Of a stretch of DNA of 64,000 nucleotides, positions 1-14,185 are shown in pieces (position 1 is the first letter of the stretch; the number at the start of each line of letters is the position of its first letter). Location: the NCBI RefSeq assembly GCF_009914755.1, contig NC_060934.1; one strand, written 5' to 3'. Both the position numbers and the translations under genes were made by a program. A model generated the notes under the pieces. The model searched no databases, had not been told where the DNA came from, and worked only from the letters and a program-made list of their open reading frames with translations. Source of the stretch: the human T2T-CHM13v2.0 reference genome, Homo sapiens.

Positions 1-145
1 CTGTGCTGGAAGAGAGGATGCAGCCGTGACCCAGACAGACAAAGTCTCTGTTTTGATGGGGCGTATGTTGGAGAGTGGAGGGGCAGGGACAGTGGATGAT
101 CAACAAGATAATTTTGGAAGCTGATAGGAGCTGTGGGGAACATGA
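1..145 (-). mobile_element. L2 LINE fragment
   Basis: Degenerate gatgcagccgtgacccagacagacaaagtctctg motif typical of the antisense L2 3' region. Confidence 0.5.
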
Positions 146-1041
146 GAGAGGTTGATGTGGGGTGTGGTGGAGGAGGAGAGTTTGGGGGCTCGGGAGGCCT
201 TCCTGTGGGTGGCATAGTGAGAGCCTGGGTATACCTGCCCCGTGGCTGCCCAGGTCTGACCCGGAATCCGGTTGTGTTGGATGGTACCACTGAGAATCGT
301 CATTTCCTGGGACTTCCCATCTGCTTTTCTTGAGAAAGTCACTGCCCTTTTAAGTTGCTTGTTTGTTTTAGTAAACGTAGTCAATGAAGCAGTGAGTCAG
401 TGCAAAACTGTTCAGATGTCACCGATGGGAATAGGTTAGATACAAAGTTGTGTTCATTCACCAATGGCTTGTTGAGTACCCCCTAAGCCCACGGCGCAGT
501 GCAGGAGCTCTTAGATTCAAAGAACTCTGGTCTGGGGGAGGGTGGAGGTGTGAGGATTCCTTTAGAAGAGAGAAGGGACCCACGCCATCTTGCTGGGGGG
601 GAAGAGGCCCTCTGCCTTTCAGATCTATCGGCTCATGGCTTTGCAAATATCAGTATTTGCTAAAAATGAGGCCTACAGATTTTAATGTGGCAAAACGGAT
701 TTTATTTCTGAATGTTAACCAAGTTGAGGTTAGGAGTAATGATCTGCAGTGCGAAAAGGGGGTTTTTATCTTATAATGATTAATTCTTTTCTTCCTTCCC
801 TTCTAAAAAAAAATGTGATTCCTGATAAAACCTGATGTTTCACTTTATATTTAAATGATACTCCATTGAGCATTTTATTAGTAACAATTCAGTACTTAAA
901 TTGCATATTTCAGTTATAAGAGACAATTCACTAGGCTTGCAAGAAAACTATCCTATTTAAAGTAGGAGAAATCTCCCTCTTGATTACTGTGGAGGTTTCT
1001 TCATCTAGACATTTTAAACACTTTCCAAACAGTCCTTGCAG

Positions 1042-1187
1042 TTTTTCTTTTGTATTGTGGCAAAATACACATAACATACAATTTACCATCTTAGGCATTT
1101 TTAAGTATCCAGTTCAGTGGCATTAAGTACATTTCACATTGTTATATGATCCTTACCACCATCTGTCTGCAGAGCTCTTTTCATCTT
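1042..1187 (-). mobile_element. L1M (L1MA/L1MB-type) 3' end fragment
   Basis: aaaatacacataacatacaatttaccatcttag...cagttcagtggcattaagtacatttcacattg is the antisense L1MB-type 3' terminus. Confidence 0.8.
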
Positions 1188-1269
1188 ATAAAATACCCTT
1201 GGAGGTTTTCCAGTTTCTGTTGCTAGCAGGTATGTTTTAGTTAAGGCAATATACCAGGTTTAGTTAAGG

Positions 1270-1780
1270 TGCTATACCAGGTATTTTACACATAATCTGA
1301 TTGAATTCTCACCATAATCCTCTAAGGGGCATATTATATATGTGGTTTTTGTTTTGTTTTGTTGAGACGGTATTTTGCTTTGTCACCTGGGCTAGAGTGC
1401 GGTGGCACGATCATAGCTCACCGCAGCCTTGACCTCTGGGGCTCAAGCAATCCTCCCACCTCAGCTTCCTGAGGAGCTGAGACTACAGGTGTGTGCCACC
1501 ACACCAGGCTAATTTTTGTATTTTTTGTAGTGACGCAGTCTCACTCTGTTGCCCAGGCTGGCCTCAAACTCCTGGGATCAAGCGTTTCTCCCACCTCAGC
1601 CTCCCAAAGTGCTGGGATTGTAGGCCTGAGCCACTGTGCCTGGCCTTATATGCAGTTTTCGCCAATGAGGAAACAGACTGAGAGGGGTTGAATAACTTGT
1701 TTGAAGTTATACAGCCAGCAGATGTCGGAATGGGCATTTGGACCCAGCTTCCTCCAAAGCTGAGGCTTTTTCTGTTGTTC
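1270..1780 (-). mobile_element. MIR interrupted by an Alu
   Basis: MIR core atgaggaaacagactgagaggggttgaataacttg at about 1666-1700. Confidence 0.7.
1346..1645 (-). mobile_element. Alu (AluJ-like)
   Basis: Antisense dimeric Alu with gctcaagcaatcctccc J-type residues. Confidence 0.9.
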
Positions 1781-1965
1781 CACAGTGATTTTCAGTTAGA
1801 AGTTTTGATTCTGGCATCTTGCCTTCTGTCAGTAACTGTTTTCAGCACAGAACAGAATACTGTTCACATTTTCTCTGAATATTGGACATGCTTCCTGTGT
1901 ACTTCAGTGTTCTTGCTCAGGAAATCTGAGGAGCCACCGAGCACCAAAAGAACAGGCATCTGTAA

Positions 1966-2302
<337 letters not shown>

Positions 2303-2959
2303 TGAAGATAATTTGGAAACCTATATTTCTAAAATACGACTACTGTAGATACTTCTAGAACATTCTCCCTCTCTCGAAAGTCATGCGTTTGTTCTCAACT
2401 CTCACAGAAGGAAGTAGGTCCCTTCAGTGTTGCGATTACCTTCCTGCCTGTTGAAGACAGCCTCTGCGTCTTTCTTTAATGCAAACGCATGGACGTATGA
2501 CATCCATTCGCTTCTTTATCTCATCTGTGGCCAGCAGGGTGTATAGAGGCAGGTTGCAGAAATGCCAAATATTTCCCAAGGTCCCAGGCAGAATTCCTGG
2601 TGGTAGTGCTACTGGATTTGCTAATGTAAAGATGTCCTGATTTTGGGAGGGCGGGGGTGGGAAGTAAGCATACAATTGTGCAAATATTAGTAATCTCTTT
2701 TATTCTTAGAAGATACAGTCTGTTGAAGAACATGGTGAGGAATTGGCAGGAGAGCATCCGTGACTCCTTTAGCCTTTGTGAGGCTGTGGTGCTATATTGA
2801 GGCGGCTCACTCAGATGGGAACACCAACCATATGGTGGAGAAGGGAAGGAGACGTGTTCTTTCTCTAGTTTGGCATGCAAATGAGAAAGAAAGCGCTGCA
2901 GAGGCACAAGCTGGCTTCTCATCTCAGCAAGCAGAGGCAGGCCACCGATGCCCAGCCTT

Positions 2960-3019
2960 GTAGCCTCATCCTATCCACAGCCCGGCCCGGTAGCCTCATC
3001 CTATCCCCACCCTGACCTG
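2960..3019. repeat. 30-bp tandem duplication
   Basis: gtagcctcatcctatcc at 2960 and 2990. Confidence 0.85.
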
Positions 3020-4221
3020 TGCCTCTAGTGACCACAGGCAGCTGAATGGTGGAGGACGGGGGGATTCCGATATCCTTGTATTAGGAGGGGCCTCAGAGAA
3101 GGGGAGGCCATCTTCTGGGTTTGCTAGAAGCCCTCTCTCCACCCCAGTAACAACTCACTCTTTGACTGGAAGTACAATGAAAAGGGCTAGGGGGTGGGAG
3201 GGGCCAGGCTTCTAGCAGATGTTTCTGTTTGCCTCGTGTGCAGAACCACAGCTTCCACTGCCTGGCCCTCCCAGGTCTCTTTAGCAGCTGGGCGTGGTCT
3301 GGATAAAGTCCATACTCTAAGCCTGCTTGCTATTCACGCTAGCTGTTCTTTACTGTATCCCTCCACATCTACCCAGCCTCCGCCTCCTCTCCCCATCCTT
3401 TTATAATCATACCTCACTAAACCACCTGCTGTTCCCATTGCACTAAGCTCTCTACCACCTCGGGCCTTTTACAGAGGCTTTTCCCTCTGCATGGAGAACT
3501 CCGTTCCCGTCACCCCTCACTCTCTTTCCTTGGATAAATCCTGCTTGTTCTTCCTCTCCATCCGGAAGCCTTCCCTTGGCCCCCGACCCTGGCCAGCCTC
3601 CCCCTTTGTGAGCTCCTGCAGCACTGCACCCTCAGTTGGATGCCGCCTCAGAGTAGCCTGCTGGCTGGAGTCTCCTTAGACATCCTGAGGGTTTTAGTCA
3701 TAGCCATAGCCCCAGAGTGCAATCGTGTCTGCTGCAGGGCTGGCCGATTGCATCCCACGTAGGCTGTGCAGCCCCACCTGTCTGCCCCTCATTTTGTATC
3801 ATCAAATCTATAAATGTGGAAGAACAGTGGGAGTGAGCGAGGGGGTGAGGTTCCCCATCTTCCTCTGGGAGGGTGGGAAGGCGTTCACCTCCGTAGTCCC
3901 CGTTGGTGTCCCTCTCATCCCCCCACTTCTCTCCGCATCCTTGTCACAGTCAGCGGTGGCTCTGCCTGGCTTGCTGTCTTCCTTTCTCCTCTTGGAATGT
4001 CGTCTTCGTGAGGGCGGGAACCTCATTCCTCTGGTTCCTGCTTTGGCTTCAATACATAGCTCATTCCTGGGCCGTGGAAAGTGATCAGTATCCATTTGAA
4101 TGTGTATGTGAATTCATTCAGTGGGCAGTGATGTACAGGACCTCCCGCCTCAGAAAGAGAAAGTCCCCTTTCTATTTTCCTGCTTTAGCAATATAGAGAA
4201 GCTTTTAAAAAGACCTAATCA

Positions 4222-4561
<340 letters not shown>

Positions 4562-5974
4562 TTAAATTTTTTTTTTAAATTTAATTTTTCCCCCCAAACC
4601 CAAGGAAGCCTCAGGAGCATTTTCGTCTGCATTTTCTCTAGCACACAATCACGTGTAACCTTGTTTTCAAGGAGAGCCTAATGTTTATCTACTTTATAAT
4701 TAACATTTTGTTTTTCGGTGTCTTTTATTTGTTTAGTGATATTGATTTGCATACTGTTGCTTTAATTGCTTGATAATGTAAGCCCTTAGATGCTTCTCAT
4801 GATAATGCTTCTGGAAACAGATTGTTATTTAACAATCAAATGACTAAGTGGATATATATATATATTTTTTGTTTGTTTGTTTGGGAATTCTTTTTGTGTC
4901 TCTGGAGTTCAAGGGGAAGCTTCTATGCGCCTGGAATTCTACATGGAAACTCTTGTAGCTCTGCTCGCACAATTGCTGATTTCTGATAGCACCAGCATCT
5001 CACATTCTGTGACTTTAATGAGAAGGAAAAAACTTGTAATGTCATGTTCTACGAAGCTCCCCTTTTGGAAGACAGAAACTGACAGATGTCCTTATTTTTA
5101 TTCTGCAGAATAGCTCCTTCCTCTCGAAGAATCAGCGCTCCTAGCCCCAGCAATTTCTCCTCTTAGAAAACTCTTCATTTGCTTTGCTTGAGAGACTCCA
5201 GCTTGGGAGTCTGTTTCTCCAAATTTCTGATTTTGTTTGCTGGCAGCTTGCCCCCACCCCTTCTGGTTCAGCAGAGCTTTGCCCAAGTTGCAGGTTCTGT
5301 CAGAAGGAGTGGGGAGAAGGAGAAGGAGTTTAGAATCTCAAAATCCTGGCTCTGTGGTATTCAGCAAGTTAATGAACCATGTCTGTGCCTAGGTCGTCTC
5401 ACTGCAAGAATAGGAATTGTAATATCTTCGTCACAGGTAGGCCCTTGATAAGCTAGCACGGTGCTTTCAACACATTAAGTACTGTGTGTATGTTGTATGG
5501 ATGGAAATGAGCCTCATTTGGGGATCTTATTTGCAAGCCTATTGAACAAATAACAGCTATGAAATTTCAGAAGCAAATGGTACTTTATTTTCTCTGTGGA
5601 AACCTTGAAGGAAACGGGTAAACAGATACTTTTTTTTTCTTATGTGAGCTATAAGTAGACTATTTGCATCTCCCTGTAACTGGTAAAAAGAACACTTTAC
5701 ACTTTACACAGTCTCAGAGAATATTCCTGACCGAAGCTGTCATCCGTGCCGTGCTGTGTGACATGTTGTGACCGAATTTGCTGTGGGAGGCCTGCCTCAG
5801 CCTTTACCCCAGTGAATTCTGCAAACATGATTGGTTTTTTTCAGTGTGTGGAAACAGGAAAAACATTGGGAATCTCTGCTCTCAACTGCATATTCTAAGT
5901 ACATTCTTTCTTTCAAATCAATTATGAAGAATAATTTATCGGTAATTACAGATGTCTTTTGGCTTAAAATACAG

Positions 5975-6286
5975 TTTTTTTGTTTTTTTGTTTTGAGACA
6001 GAATCCCACCTTGTTGCCCAGGCTGGAGTGCAGTGGTGTGATCTTGGCTCACTGCAACCTCAACCTCCCTTGAACCTCCTGGGTTCAAGCAATTCTCCTG
6101 CCTCAGCCTCCCGAGTAGCTAGGATTACAGGAATGTGCCACATGCCCTGCTAATTTTTGTGTCTTTAGTAGAGAAGGGGTTTCACCATGATGGCCAGGAT
6201 TGTCTCGAACGCCTGATGTCAGGTGATCCACCTGCCTTGGTCTCCCACAGTGCTGGGATTACAAGCGTCAGCTACCGCCCCCAGCC
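5975..6286 (-). mobile_element. Alu (AluS-like)
   Basis: Antisense Alu, TSD ttaaaatacagtt. Confidence 0.93.
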
Positions 6287-6357
6287 TTAAAATACAGTTC
6301 TGATAAACTATTTTGACTTTTTAAAAAATTAGTGAATGTTTAAAATAATAGAAATGT

Positions 6358-6660
6358 GGCTGGGCACGGTGGCTCATGCCTGTAATCCCAGCACTTTAGG
6401 AGACTGAGGCAAGAGGATGGCTCAAGCCCAGGAATTCGAGACCACTCTGGGCAACATAATGGGACCCCATCTCTACTAAAAATACAAAAATTAGCTGGGT
6501 GTGGTGGTGTGCACCTGTAGTCCTGGTTGGAAAGCTGAGGTGGGAGGATCATCTGAGCCTGGGGAGGTCGAGGCTGCAGTGAGCCATGGTCTCACCACTG
6601 CATTCCAGCCTGGGTGGCAGAGTGAGATCCCCATCTCAAAAAAAAAAAGCAAAGAAAAAA
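6358..6660 (+). mobile_element. Alu (AluJ-like)
   Basis: Dimeric Alu with gaggtcgaggctgcagtgagccatg and an A tail. Confidence 0.92.
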
Positions 6661-6781
6661 AGAGAAACATTTAAACTGATGACAAAGTTTTGATGGTAAG
6701 AAATAAGTTGGTCCTTGACAGATACTAAAAGTGTGTCACTGAAGAGATGAGTGTTCAAAACCTTAAGAAAAGGACGCAGTG

Positions 6782-7090
6782 GGCAGGTGCAGTGGCTCAC
6801 GCATGTAATCCCAAAACTTTGGGAGGCCAAGGCGGGCAGATCAGTTGAGGCCAGGGGTTTGAGACCAACCTGGCCAACATGGTGAGACCCCATCTCTACT
6901 AAAAATACAAAAATTAGCAGGGCGTGGTGGAGGGCGCCTGTAGTCCCAGCTACTCTGGAGGCTGAAGCAGGACAATTGCTTGAACCCAGGAGGCAAGGTT
7001 GCAGTGAGCCAAGATCACGCTACTGCATTCCAGCTAGGGCGACAGAGTGAGACCCTTTCTCAGAATAAAAAAAAAAAAAAAGAAAGAAAA
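6782..7090 (+). mobile_element. Alu (AluS-like)
   Basis: Dimeric Alu with an A tail. Confidence 0.92.
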
Positions 7091-7958
7091 GGCCGCAGGC
7101 TTTTGCTTTTTTACCTGCTAATTAGATTGCTAAATCCAGAAAAATAATGGGCATGCAGTTATATTGAATTTCCAGCAAAAGGCGGCACAGGTGAAATCGG
7201 GCTGCGTGATGACGCATCACGCTGCATTCATCACATTTCTATACTAATTGTGTGCTGGCCTGTGGATGGGTTCAGAGGGATTTCCTGGAAGTCAGGGTCA
7301 AATGCCATTTGTTCCAGCACTTTCAGGGCCTGGCATGTAAGTGTTCAGTGGATGATTCTTGAATGAATCGTTGACTGTCCTTGTAGATGAGAGAGAAAAA
7401 TAGGGACTAAATAGTGCTGCAGTTACACGATGGATGATAGCTGAGCAACCACACACCAAGGCTGCTGAGCAGTGGATTGTGTCAGGGTTGGGGGGTAGCG
7501 GATAAACCCAAAAGGAAATTTCTTGGGATTTTTCCCAGGACTGGGTCAGAGCATACTCTTTCCAACATTGAAAGAAAATAGCTTGGATCCACCCATGGAA
7601 GACCTGCTTATGAAGTTTGCATACAGCCAGAAGGTGGATCCAAAAATTCCTACCAATAATGAGAGATACCATAAATTCATTTTATCTAATACTGATTTCT
7701 TTTTTTTCACATTTTTATGCTTTTATTTTAATTTTACCACTCACCCTCTTTTTAGTTTATTTTAGGGTTTGTAATTCTGATTGGGTCTTGACAGTGTAGA
7801 AGAATGTTCTAGAGTCATTTCCAGCGAGTGTTGGGAAATATTCTGTAAAGAAAACCTAAGAGTTTTTCCCAGTATACTTGAGATAAAATATATGTAAAAA
7901 TGATGAGTTAAAAGTAGTCCTGGGAGGGTAAGTTACAGACCTTTTATTTTTTTCTTAA

Positions 7959-8318
<360 letters not shown>

Positions 8319-8368
8319 CACATTTTGTTTTCATGCAGTCTGTGTGAACTTGCCTTATTGGGCCATAG

Positions 8369-9201
8369 CAGGGGTCCCCAACCCCAGATACCCTATCTCT
8401 GGGCTGTTAGGAGCAGGGCTGCACAGCAGGAGACGAGCGGCAGGTGAGTGGGCGAAGCTGCGTTTGTATTTACAGCTGCTCCCCATCCATCACCCGCCTG
8501 AGCTCCGCCTCCTGTCCTATCAGTGGCGGCCTTAGATTCTCGCAGGAGCACGAGCCCTATGATGAACTGCGCATGCGAGGGATCTAGGTTGTGTGCTCCT
8601 GATGAGACTCTAATGTGTGGGGCTAGGTGCGGTGGCTCACGTATGTAATCCCAGCAATCTGGAAGGCCGAGGTGGGTGGATCACTTGAGGTCAGGAGTTC
8701 AAGGCCAGCCTGGCCAATACAGCAAAACCCTGTCTCTACTAAAAATATAAAAATTAGCTAGGCATGGTGGGGCAAGCCTGTAATCCCAGCTACTCAGGTG
8801 GCTGAGGCACGAGAATTGCTTGAACCTGGGGGGCGGAGGTTGCAGTGAGCTGAGATCATGCTACTACACTCCAGCCCGGGCGACAGAGTGAGACTCTGAC
8901 TCAAAAAAAAAAAAAAAAATCTAATGCGTGATGATCTGTTACTGTCTCCCATCACCCCCAGAGGAGATTGTCTAGTTTCAGGAAAACAAGCTCAGAGCTC
9001 CTCCTGATTCTATATGATGGTGAGTTGTAGAATTATTTCATTATACATTACAATGTAACAATCATAGAAGTAAAGTGCACGATAAATGTAATGTGCTGAA
9101 ATCATCCCGAAACCATCTTCCCCTGAGCCCTGTCCTGGTCCATGGAAAAATTATCCTCTGTGAAACCAGTTTCTGATCCCAGAAAAGGTTGAGAACCACT
9201 G
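8369..9201 (+). mobile_element. MER1A hAT-Charlie DNA transposon, interrupted by an Alu
   Basis: Termini caggggtccccaacc...ggttgagaaccactg; internal gaactgcgcatgcgagggatctagg; decayed 8-bp TSD ggccatag/ggctgttg. Confidence 0.88.
8620..8919 (+). mobile_element. Alu (AluS-like) nested in MER1A
   Basis: A17 tail, TSD tctaatg(t/c)gtg. Confidence 0.94.
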
Positions 9202-10379
9202 GGCTGTTGGAGTTCCCCGTAAACTTCCCGCCCTATGGTCCCTCTCACTGTAGCTGTCTGAGTAAAACAAGCAGGGCAGAGTTAGCTCTCTAAGTTTCCC
9301 AACGAAAACAAATGTTCCTTTTTCCATTAATGTGAGTCAAAAAAATAAATACAACCCAAACCCAAGGATTATGTTAAGTGACTAAGCCTTTGACACCAAA
9401 AGTCAATTCCCTTCATTTTTTGCGACCCATCAAAGAACTCACAGCGTCTTAATGTGCCATCAAAATTAATCTTTCCTTGTCCAAAGCACTTGACCCATAC
9501 ACTAGAGACCTCAGTGCCTCTTCTCAGAGGTTGGCTCTTCTTAGTTTTCTCTCCCTGGTCACTGCACCTGGCGATGCTTAGTTCATGCTTAGTGGGGTTC
9601 CTGGTGAGCCACAGGATCCCCAGCTCTTAGTCATCTGGGCTTTGGAGCTTCCTCTAGAGCTTCAGTAACCTCCAATACGGAGGCTTCCCTCTGCTTCTAA
9701 AGGGGCTTCTAGCCTTTTCTACTGAATTAAACATTTTCCTTACTGGCAGTGCAAGCTGTGATTCCTATCTTAACTCCACAGAGAAAATGACTTTCAACAT
9801 TATTTTTTCATAAGCCATTACAGGTTAATATTAATATCATGTTAATATTCCTATAAAGCTATGTTAAAAGGATCTCTTCTTTATCTCCAAAGAAAGTAGA
9901 AATGTGTGTTCAATGGCTTACCTAGAAATTTCATGTTAGGAATAGATGACTAATATACAGAAATCTAAGTGGGTTTACTTGAAGGTTAGGTAACCTTCAC
10001 AGTGGTTTGAATTTGTGACTTTTTTTTTTTTTGCAAAGCAGTTGCTTTCTTAGCATATCTCATCTTTCCCATTTACTTCAGTTGTCTTAGAATCACTCCA
10101 AAATTCATATCCTCCTCTGCCTTCTTTGTTCTTTTCACATTTTTAAGTGGTTGAATGTTTCCATGAAGTATATGAGGCTCAGTGAACATGTTCCCACACT
10201 TTGTGCTTGACAGGAGCAATCATTTATCCCCTACTATTTTTGGTCAGGACTAATAATGACATTCATTATTGGGCTATTATTTAAAATTTTTTTCTAAGCC
10301 CACATAAGACATACACTTCTATTTTTGTTTATACTTATGGAAGAGTGTAAGAAGTCTGTGAACGTCTTCACTTGCTGTC

Positions 10380-10810
10380 TGTATTAATTAGGATGTCCTT
10401 GATCATAAGCAACAAAGTACAAACGTCAAATCGGCTTAAGTGACATGTGGGATTCACTGGTTGACGTATCTGGTCTCCCAGAGATAGGGTGGGCTTATGT
10501 TAGAATTGATTCAGTAAAACAACGAGATGAAGAGCTGGGTCTCAGCCCTGCCGTTTGCCTGCTCTCCACAGCTTCCGTGACATAATCACTTCCTTCTTGG
10601 GGTCACAAGATGGCTGCCGGTGACGTCCAGAGCCATTGCTTTCTTGTTTAAGGCTGGCACCAAGTGCTCTAGTCCTATGCAGAGATGGAGCTAGCGTTCC
10701 CCAAAACACAAGCTGTGTGGGGGTGATGTGGCTCACCAAATGAAAATCAAGAACGTAACAAAGGAAAGAGAGTTGGACGGCTGATGGGCGCCGCCATCAT
10801 GTCTGCCACG
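10380..10810 (-). mobile_element. Old MaLR LTR (MLT1K/L-like)
   Basis: tgtattaattagga start and the ggtcacaagatggctgcc motif typical of antisense MLT1 LTRs. Confidence 0.6.
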
Positions 10811-11499
10811 CCATCTGAGTATTTAAAAAATAGCTTAGCAGCAATGCATCTAAAAATGCTGCCTGTGAGATCAATGTTCCCAAGAAAATGTAAAAGTTAA
10901 TTTCTCTTCTTTCACCGTGAGGCTGTCTGACTTTAAACTATTTTCATACTACTGGAAGAATTTCTGTGATTTCTCATAAATGGCTAGTTGTTTTTTTTTT
11001 TTTTTAAGTAACTGAAACATTGTAAATAGTATTTCTGTTTAGAATCTTCCACTGAACAGAAAATAAATTGCTATGGGAAGAATTACTTACTTAAAAAAAT
11101 TCTGTCAATCCTTTTTATGCAGAAGCTGGATAAAAACTTGAGTCCTTGGTATAGGAGGTGATTTCTGAAGCAAAATATTCTTGTAATTGATTTTAAAAGA
11201 TTTTTCCCTAGAAAGTTATGTTAGGATAGTAATTTCCTAAAATGTTAGCCAGCATTTGAATATTCTTTCATCTTAATGTTTCATAGCTTCTGTCTCACTT
11301 CTATGGCTCCAAAGAGAACCGTCTCTGAGCACAATTACAAACAAATTTTTACAAATCTTGTTATATAGCTTGTATTATTATAATATTACAGAAATAGTAA
11401 ACGTTTTTTTCTCTGGAAGAAAATTACTCATCTTAAAGAAACGTGGAGAAATATATCCACATTTCATTTCAGAGACAGTTGATGGGGCCAGAAAGAAGT

Positions 11500-11730
11500 G
11501 AGCTTAAGAATGAGACAGTCATAGGTTTTGTTCCAAGATGTGCCACAGAGCTAACAGTGAGACCTTGAGAAAATGACCGAACTTCCTTGCATCTCAGTTT
11601 CTCCTTGTAAAATAGGGATAATAGACCCCTCCCCTAGGGTTTCCAGTAGTCCACATAAGATATTGAAATGAAACGTGATTAGCCTGGTATCCTGCACATA
11701 CTAAGCTCTGAGTAAATGATAGTAATTACC
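11500..11730 (+). mobile_element. MIR
   Basis: gtgagaccttgagaaaatgaccgaacttccttgcatctcagtttctccttgtaaaatagggataata core. Confidence 0.75.
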
Positions 11731-11836
11731 AAAAACACAGGACTGAACAAGAAAAGAAATAGCAGAATCCAACTCAATTATAGGACATTACTCGATTACC
11801 TAAAAACTCTTTATCGTTCAGTTGTTGTGTTGCAGT

Positions 11837-12473
<637 letters not shown>

Positions 12474-13269
12474 TAGTTTTTTACTTCAGAAACATATTAC
12501 AGTTTCCTTAAAATTTTTCTGTATACCAATGCTTTGTAGAAAAGCAGTTGTTGTAAATATATATATACATATTTCCATCTATGAATATATATTGAGAGGG
12601 AGAGAGGCTGACTTTCAGTTGGGCGGGAATTGTTCTGTATTCCAGAAGAATGTTCCATTCTTAGACCTGGGTAAGAGGAACCCCTGCTTTAGGAGATTCT
12701 GTCCTGGCCATGAGCCAGCCATGCCCTTCCCATGGAGTGAGATGTCTGCAGGGTGAAGGACATAGGGCCAAGGACATCTTTCCACCCAATGCTTGTGGGT
12801 GTGTGCTTACTCAGGAGTTCTTGACCTCAGAAATTCTTCTGAAGCAACTTTGAATGCACTTCTGGGGCCCATATGGACTGCTTCCTGGGACCCTCCTCCT
12901 GAGAGCCGGCAGCACTGTTGATGGGATGTCCTTAGGCCAAGGCAGGTCTGTGTGCAGGTGTGCAGATGGAGCTTGGATCTGCAGGCCAAAGTTCTGGACA
13001 GTCAGAGATAGGATGCAAAGCATCGAGGAGGCCACTCTTGCCATGATGCCATCTTGCGAAGAGTCCAAGAATTCAAAATTCAAACCTGGTAGAGGGTAGA
13101 ACATTCTTTATTGAATCATTTGCTGTTTTGATTTATAACTTTATAAAAAAGCTATTTTTTATAGACCTTAAAGACATTATATTCCAGGACATACAGCCAT
13201 TGTAACCAGCTAAGAGTTCGTGGGGCACTCACTTAATTCTCCCGTCTGTAAATGGAGGGCTGGCTAGAA

Positions 13270-13440
13270 TATTGGTTTCCAGATTTACCTAATCATTAGA
13301 GTTACTAGAGACTTTTAAAAATGTTCCTGATTCCCAGGTTCCCCCTGCCTAGTGATGGCGTTTCAGTAGGACTGGGTAAGAGCTGGTAATGGTTATGTTT
13401 TCAGTGCTCCGCAGGGATATTGATGATCAGTAATGGCTAC
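13270..13440. mobile_element. MER5-family hAT fragment
   Basis: Degenerate tgattcccaggttcccc...tcagtaggactgggt MER5 core. Confidence 0.55.
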
Positions 13441-13474
13441 TCCGCTAGATGGACTTCAGTGTCTTTCGCTTGCT

Positions 13475-13788
<314 letters not shown>

Positions 13789-13894
13789 TCTCTTTTTATT
13801 TAATCTTCACTTCAAAGATCCTTTTTTAGTACGTGTAGAAATCAGGGGCTAGTGTTCATCTGAAGAGATTTTGTATAATAGGCATCTGTTTGAA

Positions 13895-14185
13895 TTTATT
13901 TTTTAATTTTTTGGAGACAAGGTCTTGCTCTGTTGCCTAGACTGGAGAGCAGTGGTGCAGTCATAACCTTGACCTCCTGGGCTCAAGTCATCCACCGCCT
14001 CAGCCTTCTGAGTAGCTGGAACTACAGACACCCACCACCATGCTCAGCTAATTTTTAAAAATGTTTTTACAGACCGGGTTTTACTATGTTGCCCAGGCTG
14101 GTCTTGACCTCCTGGCTTCAAGCAGGCCTCTCACTTTGTCTCTCGAGTAGCTGGGATGACAGGCACGTGCTCCCACACCCAGCAA
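13895..14185 (-). mobile_element. Degenerate Alu (AluJ-like)
   Basis: gagacaaggtcttgctctgttgcc...gctcaagtcatcc; diverged. Confidence 0.85.
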
